This document shows, in pieces, positions 1 to 8,990 of a stretch of 64,000 nucleotides of DNA. A program made the position numbers and the translations under genes. Origin of the DNA: a virus. The stretch spans positions 49,294 through 113,293 of the IMG/VR virus record IMGVR_UViG_3300042878_002532. One strand, written 5' to 3'. Position 1 is the stretch's first letter; each line of letters begins with the position of its first letter. A model generated the notes under the pieces. It saw only the letters and a list, made by a program, of their open reading frames with translations, was not told where the DNA came from and did no database searches.

Positions 1-498
1 AACTCTTTTGAATACTTGACAACCTTCTGACCAGTTTTCAACCCATGTTGAATCTTGTCCAGCTTTATGAATGTTGATACCATATAAACCTTCTGTGATT
101 TTGTTTTCATCGTAGTTTAAGTCTTTGTTTGCATCTCTGTAAACTTTAACATTTTTAGCTTGACCTAATGCTTCGTATTTACCTTGGTGTAATCTGATTG
201 TATGTGAACCTCTATATTGATTTGGTACTAATCTAGCTACTCCGTCTTTGTTATGAAATTCCATAACTCCTTTTTTACCTGGATCTGTTGTTGCTGCCCA
301 AATAAAAAACTTCCATTCACCATTTTCTTTAAATGATATTGTAAGATTATCATCAAATACATTTGTTACTTTTGTTCCTGTAGATGAGTTTCTTACTCCA
401 ACGATATTTACATCGTATCCTTTGTTTGCCGCATCGTCGAACCATACATATCCTTTTGATTTAACTGCAGCCTCGATTTGTTCTCTTGTATAAGACAT
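1..498 (-). CDS. Putative peptidoglycan peptidase with an L,D-transpeptidase (YkuD)-like motif; runs off the window edge and is not in the ORF track
   Basis: Manual translation from the ATG at 498: MSYTREQIEAAVKSKGYVWF...YGINIHKAGQDSTWVENWSEGCQVFKRV. The H-x(n)-S-x-G-C motif is typical of YkuD-like catalytic domains. Confidence 0.55.
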   Translation of the reverse strand, partial: MSYTREQIEAAVKSKGYVWFDDAANKGYDVNIVGVRNSSTGTKVTNVFDDNLTISFKENGEWKFFIWAATTDPGKKGVMEFHNKDGVARLVPNQYRGSHTIRLHQGKYEALGQAKNVKVYRDANKDLNYDENKITEGLYGINIHKAGQDSTWVENWSEGCQVFKRV

Positions 499-515
499 TT
501 TTTAAATGTTATTTT

Positions 516-875
516 TTATAGGCTAAAATCTTCAAAGCCTTTTATGTTTTCATCATCTCTATGTCTAGCATCATGTTCTGAGTGAGATGATTCTGGTCCA
601 CCTAATAGTGGTTTTTCTTCGTGATGTTCTTCTTCATGCTCTTCTGAATGACCTGCAAGAAAGTTGAATACTTCTTCTACATCATCCTTAGATGTTGCAA
701 TGTGGTCTAATGCCCAGTTGTGGCCGTTTGTAAGCATAGCGTCAACTTCTGCTTCATCCATTTCTAACATCTCATCAACTAATCTTTTGATTGTTTTAAG
801 ATTACCAAAGAACATATAATTTTGAGGACCACCATCATGGTCTTCTTTAAATAGTTTAAATTTTTTGATTTCCAT
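516..875 (-). CDS. Hypothetical, probably virion-internal protein with a His/Glu-rich tail
   Basis: Likely start MEIKKFKLFKE (capsid-targeting-like peptide); contains HSEEHEEEHHEE and ends IKGFEDFSL. Confidence 0.6.
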   Translation of the reverse strand: MEIKKFKLFKEDHDGGPQNYMFFGNLKTIKRLVDEMLEMDEAEVDAMLTNGHNWALDHIATSKDDVEEVFNFLAGHSEEHEEEHHEEKPLLGGPESSHSEHDARHRDDENIKGFEDFSL

Positions 876-886
876 ATCGTTTACTT

Positions 887-2047
887 TTATTTTAGAATGT
901 TTACTACTTCTGGGTAGTATTTGCATATATTTTGATTCTTTCCTTCATAAGGAATGGCTGAAAGTGCGTATCTCATAGCATTTAATCTTCCAATCTTTTT
1001 GTCGTTTGAGTTTATTATAACCCAAGGTGTAGTCCTACTTGATGTAAGGTTGAACATCTGATTTTTGTAGTGTCCGATTATCTCCCATTTATCAACAACT
1101 TTGGCGTCATTCGGTGAGAACTTCCAGTATTTCAAAGGACTTTGTTGTCTTAAATCGAATCTTTTTAGTTGTTTTTCTTTGGTAATAGAGAACCAGAACT
1201 TAATAAGGTGAAGACCTTGTTTCTTTATCATTTTCTCTTCCCAATCTACCACTTTTTCCATGAAGTCTTTGTACTGATCTTCTGTACAATAACCCATTGC
1301 TGGTTCTACTACTGCTCTGTTGTACCAAGATCTATCAAAGAATACTATTTCTCCTTCTTTAGGCATGTGTGCCTCATATCTAGCGAACCAGTTTTCTTTC
1401 TCTTCTGGAGTTGGAAGTCCTAAAGCAACTACTCTGAATCCTTTTGGATTTAAGTATTCGACGAATCTTTTTATTGTAGAACCTTTTCCTGCAGAGTCTC
1501 GTCCTTCGAATACTATAGCTATTCTCTTACCGTTCTTCAGAACCCATTCTTGAAGTTTCATAAGCTCTACTTGTATCTGATATTTCTCTGATTCGTATTC
1601 TTTTCTAGTAAGTATAGATCTCTCACCTTCGAACTCATCAAAGTGTTGAGCCTGAGCACCAGTTTTAATAACTGATATCCTGTTATCTATAGATTTGGCG
1701 AAGTCATCAAACTGTTTTCTTATGTTACTTTTGGTATCTCTTCTTTTGAGTTCCATAAGTTGATTTATCTTCCTAAGAAGTGTGTCGATGTTTAAGTCTT
1801 GTACGACCTCTGGAGTGAACTCGTTGTTAAGTTCTCTCATTATTATATCTACTTCGATTTTTTCAAAGGATTTGTATTCTACTTTGTTTGTTTGAAAGTT
1901 GTAGACAATATTGTCCAATATAGAACTTTTATACTCTCCAAGTCTTGTCAGTATGTTCCTTTTTATCTGTTCGATATTTTCGGGATCCATCTTGTCAATC
2001 CTAAGCTCTTCTTTTATAAAATCCAAGAATTTACGTAAATTCTTCAT
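887..2047 (-). CDS. ppk2: Polyphosphate kinase 2 with an approximately 150-aa N-terminal extension
   Basis: FEGRDSAGKG (Walker A), FDRSWYNR and QSPLKYWKFS motifs. Likely start MKNLRKFLDFIKEE at 2047, just downstream of a TATATA element. Confidence 0.92.
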   Translation of the reverse strand: MKNLRKFLDFIKEELRIDKMDPENIEQIKRNILTRLGEYKSSILDNIVYNFQTNKVEYKSFEKIEVDIIMRELNNEFTPEVVQDLNIDTLLRKINQLMELKRRDTKSNIRKQFDDFAKSIDNRISVIKTGAQAQHFDEFEGERSILTRKEYESEKYQIQVELMKLQEWVLKNGKRIAIVFEGRDSAGKGSTIKRFVEYLNPKGFRVVALGLPTPEEKENWFARYEAHMPKEGEIVFFDRSWYNRAVVEPAMGYCTEDQYKDFMEKVVDWEEKMIKKQGLHLIKFWFSITKEKQLKRFDLRQQSPLKYWKFSPNDAKVVDKWEIIGHYKNQMFNLTSSRTTPWVIINSNDKKIGRLNAMRYALSAIPYEGKNQNICKYYPEVVNILK

Positions 2048-2067
2048 ATATTTAGAATATTTTCTTT

Positions 2068-2082
2068 TATATATTAAAAGTG
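2068..2082 (-). promoter_or_regulatory. Putative late promoter (CACTTTTAATATATA)
   Basis: Identical 15-mer at 36486-36500; the same TATATA core lies upstream of most virion genes. Confidence 0.6.
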
Positions 2083-2087
2083 AAAAG

Positions 2088-2990
2088 CTAAAGTTTTTTC
2101 TCAAATAGATAAAGGTCGTATAAAGTATTTCCTTTTACGTTCTTTATACTTTTAAGAACTTGTCCGGTAACAGAATCAAGCACTTTGAATACTCCTATTT
2201 GTTGATTTTTATCAGTCTGAATTTTCACAGTATTTCCTGGTTGACCCAAAGCCCCTAATACTGCAACATATTTGTTTCCATATACACTTTTTAAAAACGA
2301 TACTCTTAAAGTATTTGTATCTTTAATGTTGTTTATATAAGCGTTATCCATTACTTTTGTTAAATCTAACTGACTTTCAGTTTCTTTTACTACTATGGTC
2401 GCGAATTTTCTTTCTTCACCACCTAAAGTAATTTCTTCTCTGTTCTGAATTTTGTTTTGGTTTACAAGGTTTTGTTGGTTTCTTCTAATCTCACTAAAAT
2501 CTGCTTTAGCTATTATACCACCTCTCATACCTTTATCATTCATATTATAACCTGCAGGGGCTAATCTGTAGAACGATCCAGTAAAAGTCATAGAAAGTAT
2601 TCTATCTGTTCTAAAAAGTCTCCAGATCTTGTTTATGTGTCTTTTCTGAGACACCGACCATCCGTTTAGATGCCAACCTCTCAATAAAGTTTTGCCTTTT
2701 GAAGACCTCCCAATCACCATTGGGTATATAACTCGCTCATGGCCAGCAAAATGCGTATCTTCTTCTCCTTTGTAGTTGAGTAGGAAGATCATTCCGTATT
2801 TGATTGCCTTTATCATAGTCTGCTCGTTGTACTTGATAGGTTCGTTGATAGGTATATTGGCGATGTCTTTTACATTCTTCAATGAAAATCTAGGTATGAA
2901 CTCATTGTCCTCTATAAGTTCGTATCGTTCTTTAACGACGAATTCTACAGGCTTTGTATTGTAATATGCTTTTGTTTGCGCTAGGTTCAT
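2088..2990 (-). CDS. WYL-domain-like protein
   Basis: Y..E....ERVIYP..IG...LLRGW...WRLFRTDRI matches the WYL-domain pattern. Confidence 0.6.
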   Translation of the reverse strand: MNLAQTKAYYNTKPVEFVVKERYELIEDNEFIPRFSLKNVKDIANIPINEPIKYNEQTMIKAIKYGMIFLLNYKGEEDTHFAGHERVIYPMVIGRSSKGKTLLRGWHLNGWSVSQKRHINKIWRLFRTDRILSMTFTGSFYRLAPAGYNMNDKGMRGGIIAKADFSEIRRNQQNLVNQNKIQNREEITLGGEERKFATIVVKETESQLDLTKVMDNAYINNIKDTNTLRVSFLKSVYGNKYVAVLGALGQPGNTVKIQTDKNQQIGVFKVLDSVTGQVLKSIKNVKGNTLYDLYLFEKKL

Positions 2991-3041
2991 AAAGTATATA
3001 TTTAATTATATTCTATATATTAAATGTGAATGACGCAAAAT

Positions 3042-3077
3042 AAAAAAGCGAGGTCACATTTGATGTGCCTCGCTTTT
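3042..3077. terminator. Intrinsic terminator hairpin
   Basis: AAAAAAGCGAGGtCACATttgATGTGCCTCGCTTTT. Confidence 0.7.
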
Positions 3078-3107
3078 CCAACATTCTGTTGTAACCTTCT
3101 GTGGTGA

Positions 3108-3278
3108 TTACTTAACTACAGTAGTATCTACTGAAACGGTAGATGCCGGAACAGCTGTAGTATCTACAGCAGCCTCAACGGCAGTCGTGTCAGTATTTGC
3201 AGCTTCTCCCTCAGGAGTCTTGCCACCGCAAGATGCAAGTACCACAGATGTGATTACTAAAAACAATGCTTTTTTCAT
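3108..3278 (-). CDS. Small lipoprotein
   Basis: MKKALFLVITSVVLASC lipobox followed by a Thr/Ala/Val-rich tail with three DTT motifs. Confidence 0.75.
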   Translation of the reverse strand: MKKALFLVITSVVLASCGGKTPEGEAANTDTTAVEAAVDTTAVPASTVSVDTTVVK

Positions 3279-3390
3279 AATTTTCTGTCTTGTTATTTTT
3301 TGTGAGATGTATATATCCAATTGAAGATTTTGTTTAGAAAAAGAAAAAATATATTTAATATATACATATACAAGAAAATAATTCTAAGAA

Positions 3391-4101
3391 ATGTCAATAA
3401 AAAGTAGAGAAGATGCAAACAAATATTATCAAATCGTAAACGAGTTGGTAGACGAATACATGTCAAAGGGTAAAATCAGACCTTCTAATCTTAAAAGATA
3501 CCTTCAACCAGGTAGTGAGAGATTCAAAAAGTTTTTAATAAGAAACAAGTTGAACGAGATAACAGGAATAGACAGAGTTCTTTCTGATGTGATTGAAGAT
3601 AGAGCCAATATGGAATCTGACGGAGTTCTTACATTTGAAAACTTCAAATTCTTTGAATCTGATGAGTTCAAAATTGCTTCTATGAAACAATGTCTTTATA
3701 AAGGTATTGAAAAAGCGGATCTAAATATGGAAAAAGTATTGGCAGACGTTTTTGATACTAACTTAGGATCGATAGATATAGTAGATCCTGAAAAACATTG
3801 TTTTAAAATAGAGGATGAAGAAGAAGTTTTCATTTATTCAAAAGAAGACATTGATATAATAGGATTAAATATAATAGATCATCTATATGATGAGCTTTGT
3901 AAAAAAGATGTTGTACTTGCAGACGACATATCTATGAATCTTTCTGATTTGGTGGGAAAAGAAGCTTTTGAGAAAAAGATGCACGATTTTTTCACAGAAG
4001 AATTTTTACTAAAACTGATTGGAAAGTTACTTGATTCTGAATACTACAAAGAAGGTGAAAGTGTCGGAAAAGGAAACTACTTTGTTTGGAAAAAACTCTA
4101 A
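3391..4101 (+). CDS. Hypothetical protein
   Basis: 236-aa ORF with TAATATATA at 3356-3364; internal VLTFENFKFFES motif. Confidence 0.75.
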   Translation: MSIKSREDANKYYQIVNELVDEYMSKGKIRPSNLKRYLQPGSERFKKFLIRNKLNEITGIDRVLSDVIEDRANMESDGVLTFENFKFFESDEFKIASMKQCLYKGIEKADLNMEKVLADVFDTNLGSIDIVDPEKHCFKIEDEEEVFIYSKEDIDIIGLNIIDHLYDELCKKDVVLADDISMNLSDLVGKEAFEKKMHDFFTEEFLLKLIGKLLDSEYYKEGESVGKGNYFVWKKL

Positions 4102-4182
4102 AAACATGTAACATCATGATATACTAATAACTAATATTTGGTTTTTCTATTTGGATATATAAATCAAAATAAAAATATCAGT

Positions 4183-4998
4183 ATGTTACTAAAAGTAGGA
4201 TCAAAAGGAGATGACGTAAAGTCACTTCAGGAAAAGCTGGGACTTACAGCTGACGGCTCGTTCGGACCTGGAACAGAGAAAGCCGTAAAAGAATGGCAAG
4301 CAAAAAACGGATTGACGGCAGACGGAGTTATCGGTGATAAAAGCTGGCAACTTTTGGCTTTATTCGGAACAAAAAAAGAAGAGGTTGTAATACCTGCAAG
4401 TGAATTTAAGCTTGAGGCATTAAAAGGACATCTTCCGGATTCAGTAATCGCTCAGATTCCTGACACAGCAAAAAAATTCAACATTACAAATGTATTGAGA
4501 CTATCTCACTTCTTGGCACAATGTGGTCATGAGTCTGGTGGATTCAAAGCGGTTTCTGAAAACCTAAACTATTCTTCTGACGGATTGAAAAAAATATTCG
4601 GAAAGTATTTCCCTGGTGATACTACGGCTTATGCTAGAAACCCGGAAAAGATTGCTTCTAAAGTTTATGCAAACAGAATGGGTAATGGAGACGAAAGTTC
4701 TAAAGAAGGATTCAAATTCAGAGGTAGAGGATATATCCAGTTGACCGGAAAATCAAACTATCAAGGATTCACAAAATTCATTGGAGAGGATTGCGTAGCA
4801 AATCCGGATTTAGTAGCGACTAAATATCCATTGGCTTCTGCGGCATTCTTTTTTGACTCTAATAAACTATGGTCTATTTGTGATAAAGGTGCAGATGATG
4901 CTACCGTAACTGCAGTTACTAAAAGAGTGAATGGTGGTACTATTGGATTACCGGATAGAATAAAACATTTCAAAGAGTTTTACAACTTACTTAAATAA
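4183..4998 (+). CDS. Endolysin: peptidoglycan-binding domain plus glycoside hydrolase family 19
   Basis: LKVGSKGDDVKSLQ..ADGSFGPGTEKAVKEWQ (PG_binding_1); HFLAQCGHESGGF, ENLNYS, FRGRGYIQLTGK and TKRVNGG (GH19). Confidence 0.92.
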   Translation: MLLKVGSKGDDVKSLQEKLGLTADGSFGPGTEKAVKEWQAKNGLTADGVIGDKSWQLLALFGTKKEEVVIPASEFKLEALKGHLPDSVIAQIPDTAKKFNITNVLRLSHFLAQCGHESGGFKAVSENLNYSSDGLKKIFGKYFPGDTTAYARNPEKIASKVYANRMGNGDESSKEGFKFRGRGYIQLTGKSNYQGFTKFIGEDCVANPDLVATKYPLASAAFFFDSNKLWSICDKGADDATVTAVTKRVNGGTIGLPDRIKHFKEFYNLLK

Positions 4999-5004
4999 AA
5001 AAAG

Positions 5005-5032
5005 AAAAGAGAGCCACAAAGCTCTCTTTTTT
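5005..5032. terminator. Bidirectional terminator
   Basis: AAAAGAGAGC-cacaaa-GCTCTCTTTT between convergent genes. Confidence 0.7.
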
Positions 5033-5694
5033 CATGATAGAATATCTTTTATCTTAGCATCTCTGATTAGAACCTTTGATAGAATTCCTGATTGTTTGTC
5101 AATGGCTTCGAATATCTTTGTTTTTGAAAAGAATCCATTATAGATTGTGTTGAAATCGTCTTTCATATGTATAAGTTTCAAAAAAAGATTAGGTTGTAAT
5201 CTTATAATAAACTTTTCTACATATTTATCTTCTCTCAACTCTAAAATATAAGCTTGTTCCATTTCTGGTCCAAAATTGAACTCTGATGGTTCAAATCCTA
5301 AACTCTTTATAAAATCTAATACGAATGAATACTTTTCATATCGACATTTGAGTTTTGTTTCTGTGTCGTAGTATGAAAATCTCGAAGGCATCTGATTAAA
5401 ATCCATTTCGGTTCCTATATGATATGTGTCATTTTCCAATAGTTCCGAAAGATCAGATTCTCTCCTATCTTCTTTGTTTAAGATATTCTTTTTTTTAACA
5501 AAGTGAGATAGCTTAGTATCAAAAAGAAAATGTGTTTCTCCTGTTTCTTCTGCTCTTTTTTCACATTCGTCGATGAAATATTGATCTATCTCAGATCTTT
5601 CATATTCCCATGAAGATTCTTCTTGTATAAATCCTTCTGGTTTGCTACCATCGTCTATTTCTATAGTACCATCTGGTAATTGTCTAATATTCAT
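5032..5694 (-). CDS. Hypothetical protein with R-[DE]-x-[KD]-[IL]-x-x-[IL]-L motifs
   Basis: Internal RRESDLSELLE and C-terminal IRDAKIKDILS. Confidence 0.7.
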   Translation of the reverse strand: MNIRQLPDGTIEIDDGSKPEGFIQEESSWEYERSEIDQYFIDECEKRAEETGETHFLFDTKLSHFVKKKNILNKEDRRESDLSELLENDTYHIGTEMDFNQMPSRFSYYDTETKLKCRYEKYSFVLDFIKSLGFEPSEFNFGPEMEQAYILELREDKYVEKFIIRLQPNLFLKLIHMKDDFNTIYNGFFSKTKIFEAIDKQSGILSKVLIRDAKIKDILS

Positions 5695-5918
5695 GCTAAG
5701 GCATAGTTTTTTTCGTGGTCGAACCTTTCTTTTGAAAAGTCCAATAGAACTTTACACTTCTCATACTCTTCTCTTTCTTCGAAGTAGTACATTATTTTTT
5801 CGATAAAATCTAACGTGTATGGTTTAAAGGATATGTCATAACATTTACCTTTATTGATTCTATCATAAGTGCTATTCATCAAATAGCTGTAGTTGTGCAT
5901 AACAATTTTATCAGTCAT
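5691..5918 (-). CDS. Small protein with a UVR-like (UvrB/C, McsA, ClpC) helical motif
   Basis: YFEEREEYEKCKVLLD resembles the UVR consensus E-x-[YF]-E-x-A. Confidence 0.5.
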   Translation of the reverse strand: MTDKIVMHNYSYLMNSTYDRINKGKCYDISFKPYTLDFIEKIMYYFEEREEYEKCKVLLDFSKERFDHEKNYALA

Positions 5919-5919
5919 C

Positions 5920-6540
5920 TTATTTATTGCTTTGATTTTTCAAAAAATCTAATTCCTCTTGTGTTATTTTACTCATTCCGTGTTTACTAATCTTATCTAA
6001 GATTGAATCTACATCGAAACGGTCTTCGTTTTCTTCTACTATTCTTTCAATCTCCGTAGTTTCTTTCTTCATCATTAGGTTGTTCAGTTCCGCTTCTGGG
6101 TTTACACTTTCAAAATCTTTTAACTTAGATTCTAATTCCTCTCTAGAGATTGTCACACCCAATACTTCTACAACATCATCAATCTGTTTACCATATTGTT
6201 CATGTATATTACTTATTATATTTTCATTTAACTTTTTATCGATTGTCTCAGATGTATAGATACATTTATTTTCTTTGAAAATACAAACAATACTTTTATC
6301 CATAAGATAAACTACGTTTACAATATTGTAGTCTTTCAGTTTGGTATCTAACATTACTGTGTGATTTACCCTACTAACAAATACCGCTTGACCTTTTTTA
6401 ATATTAGATAATATCTCTTCGAATTGTAATATCATATCTTTCAGAAGCTTTTGGTCTTTGAAATGTTCTTTTATTTTGTCTACAATCTTCGCATATAGGA
6501 AGCCTAATATAAACATAAGTGTTAACGTCATTATACTCAT
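5920..6540 (-). CDS. Membrane-anchored protein with a C-terminal DUF6576-like motif
   Basis: N-terminal transmembrane helix; VDSILDKISKHGMSKITQEELDFL. Confidence 0.65.
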   Translation of the reverse strand: MSIMTLTLMFILGFLYAKIVDKIKEHFKDQKLLKDMILQFEEILSNIKKGQAVFVSRVNHTVMLDTKLKDYNIVNVVYLMDKSIVCIFKENKCIYTSETIDKKLNENIISNIHEQYGKQIDDVVEVLGVTISREELESKLKDFESVNPEAELNNLMMKKETTEIERIVEENEDRFDVDSILDKISKHGMSKITQEELDFLKNQSNK

Positions 6541-7727
6541 AGTGTATTATATATATTTTTTCTGATTTTGATTAGTATTTCATTGACAAAAGATTCATCT
6601 ACTTTGTCTGGAAGGTTTGAGTTCGCGAACAGCTCGTCGATTTCTACGATTTCTGCCTCTACTTGATCAATAAGAGTCTGTAGGTCAATCTTTCCTTTTC
6701 TGATGTCGATTAGTTCTTGAGCATTTTCTCTACGAACGTTGATACCAAGACCCAATGCGATTTCTCTTGCCATATCCATAAGTCTTCGGGAGTGCATCAT
6801 GTTCTTACCGTCGATTTTTTGACCGTGAGATTTAACATCAACCCATCTTGCATCATTTTTATTTACTAACCAATCTTCATAAGACTTATAATCTTTACAG
6901 TGTTCGGAATAACCATCTTTATTATAAACAATATTACAGATTGGAGTTTCATCTTTTGGAATAGAAGAAAGTCTAAGAGCATTTGACTCAGCAACGTTAT
7001 CACCTTCACCAGTCTTTACAAGTCCTTTATAACCAAATCCCATTGAGTGACCTTCTTCTTTTCTCCATGCTTTAGCTTTTTCCCTCAAGTCTTCTGGAAT
7101 CCTTTCATTAAAACAGTTGTTAGCATCTGTATCAAAATAAACAGCATATGAATCTCTAGCATTTGGTACATTTACAACTCCACAGAACTTTTCTTCAAAC
7201 CCCTTATCAGAGTTCCATTTTTTCCAAGGAATAGATTTTGGTCCTTCAATCACATAAACAAAGTCGAGTACATCTTTACGAGTTACTTTATCTTTTTCCC
7301 AGTTTTGTTTTTTGTTTTGACCTTTTGCTTTTTGGATTTGCATTTTACCATAACCACCAAAAGATTTGGCACACACTTTGGTGATGAATTTATCTCTGTT
7401 ATCTAAGATAAGGTCGAAGATAGGATCTTTATAGATGATACAATCTTCTGGTGTGTTTAGAAGTTCTAATACGGTTGGATTATTGCTAGAAAGTAGTTGT
7501 AGAAATCTTTTGATTTCATAGATTACGGTATCATTTGTATCGTCGTTGATTTGTTCTTTGTAGTTGAATCCAAAGATGTCTTCTTGTGATTGAATGAATA
7601 CACCTGCGTAGTCTGTATCGGATGTTTCAATGTTTGTTCCATATGCATGTGATCCTCTAATAACGAGTAGTAGTGGTTTTGCGTTTGGAGACTTTTCTTC
7701 GATGAATCTAAATAGTTCTTCTTTCAT
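6537..7727 (-). CDS. Nucleotidyltransferase (Pol-beta superfamily, YcgL/RlaP-like)
   Basis: RGSHAYGTNIETSDTDY (GS...DxD), NNPTVLELL and DGKNMMHSRRL motifs. Confidence 0.8.
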   Translation of the reverse strand: MKEELFRFIEEKSPNAKPLLLVIRGSHAYGTNIETSDTDYAGVFIQSQEDIFGFNYKEQINDDTNDTVIYEIKRFLQLLSSNNPTVLELLNTPEDCIIYKDPIFDLILDNRDKFITKVCAKSFGGYGKMQIQKAKGQNKKQNWEKDKVTRKDVLDFVYVIEGPKSIPWKKWNSDKGFEEKFCGVVNVPNARDSYAVYFDTDANNCFNERIPEDLREKAKAWRKEEGHSMGFGYKGLVKTGEGDNVAESNALRLSSIPKDETPICNIVYNKDGYSEHCKDYKSYEDWLVNKNDARWVDVKSHGQKIDGKNMMHSRRLMDMAREIALGLGINVRRENAQELIDIRKGKIDLQTLIDQVEAEIVEIDELFANSNLPDKVDESFVNEILIKIRKNIYNTL

Positions 7728-7744
7728 TTTCTTTATTTATTCTA

Positions 7745-7752
7745 CAAATGTA
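7745..7752 (-). promoter_or_regulatory. Bacteroidota-type -7 element (TACATTTG)
   Basis: TAnnTTTG about 17 nt upstream of the ATG at 7727. Confidence 0.55.
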
Positions 7753-7822
7753 GTGATTAAAACTGAAATAAAAATAAAGCAACATTAAAATTTAATATAT
7801 ACCAAAAAAGAATAAAACTCAT

Positions 7823-8971
7823 ATGTCTACACAGAGTTATAATACGGGCAACACAATATATGATAGTAATGGTGGTAATCAAAACGTTGTTGCGGACTAT
7901 GCTTATATTTCAGATTTACTTGCCAATATACCTGATAATAATACAAACTTAATTGATGCAAAAGACGTTAGGGATGCGGTTTGGACTTTATGGAATAGAA
8001 TTGAAGATATAAATATAGGTTTATCCTCTTCTGGAATAAACATATATGCAACTGGATCAGGAACATTTTCGGCAGATTTAAGATATGATAGAACACGTCT
8101 ATCTAGTGCAGCACCTGTCGGTGGTGTTCCAACTGGATCAACATTTAGTGGAACTCTTCAGGATGTTTTTGATAGAATATTTTATCCATATACAGCACCA
8201 ACGTGTGCTTTGAGTGGTGGTAGTACTAGACAATTTGGTTCGAATACTTCGGTAACATTGAGTTTCACTCTTAATAAATTTGAAAAGCCTGTGACTGCAG
8301 TATCTATACAACTTCTTTCTGGAACATCACCGATAACACCAATACCTTCTGTGATAACTCAGAACAATACAAATCCTGCTAGTTTTGGTCCAAGTACTTT
8401 GTCTACCACTCCAGCATCTATTGTTACTTATGCTACACATAGTGCAACACCAACATCACTCAGTGAATCTAATACATACAATCTTACTATAGGTGATGGT
8501 CAAGCTTCCGCTGGTGCGTCAACTACCGTTACTTGGATGAACTATTTATATTATGGTACTTTAAATTTGAGTACACTTTCGGGTAATCCGAATCCTGATT
8601 TAACCGTAAGGCCCGATGGTAGCAATAGTGCAGCCGTTGCATCATCCATAGTGCAGATAACTGCAGCAATAGATAGCAATACCGTTAAGGCGACTGCCAA
8701 TACGTATGATAGAGTTTTGGTATCAAAAGTTTTTGCAACCAGTAGAACACTTAGTTTGGCGGACTATGCTGCCGGTAATAACTATCTTTTCTTTGCTTGG
8801 CCTACATTGTTTGGAACACCTACTTTTAAAATAAATGGATTGTCGAATAGTGCATTTACTAAAGTTAAAAGTGGTTTTGTATTCACAAATGAAAATGGAT
8901 TCTCAGGAGTAAATTATGATGTTTGGATAAGTAATACTGTCTATGGAACATCTACAATAAATATAAGTTAA
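7823..8971 (+). CDS. Putative virion structural or fibre-associated protein
   Basis: S/T/G/N-rich, beta-rich composition; TAATATATA at 7793-7801. Confidence 0.55.
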   Translation: MSTQSYNTGNTIYDSNGGNQNVVADYAYISDLLANIPDNNTNLIDAKDVRDAVWTLWNRIEDINIGLSSSGINIYATGSGTFSADLRYDRTRLSSAAPVGGVPTGSTFSGTLQDVFDRIFYPYTAPTCALSGGSTRQFGSNTSVTLSFTLNKFEKPVTAVSIQLLSGTSPITPIPSVITQNNTNPASFGPSTLSTTPASIVTYATHSATPTSLSESNTYNLTIGDGQASAGASTTVTWMNYLYYGTLNLSTLSGNPNPDLTVRPDGSNSAAVASSIVQITAAIDSNTVKATANTYDRVLVSKVFATSRTLSLADYAAGNNYLFFAWPTLFGTPTFKINGLSNSAFTKVKSGFVFTNENGFSGVNYDVWISNTVYGTSTINIS

Positions 8972-8990
8972 AAAAATAAGATAAAGATAT

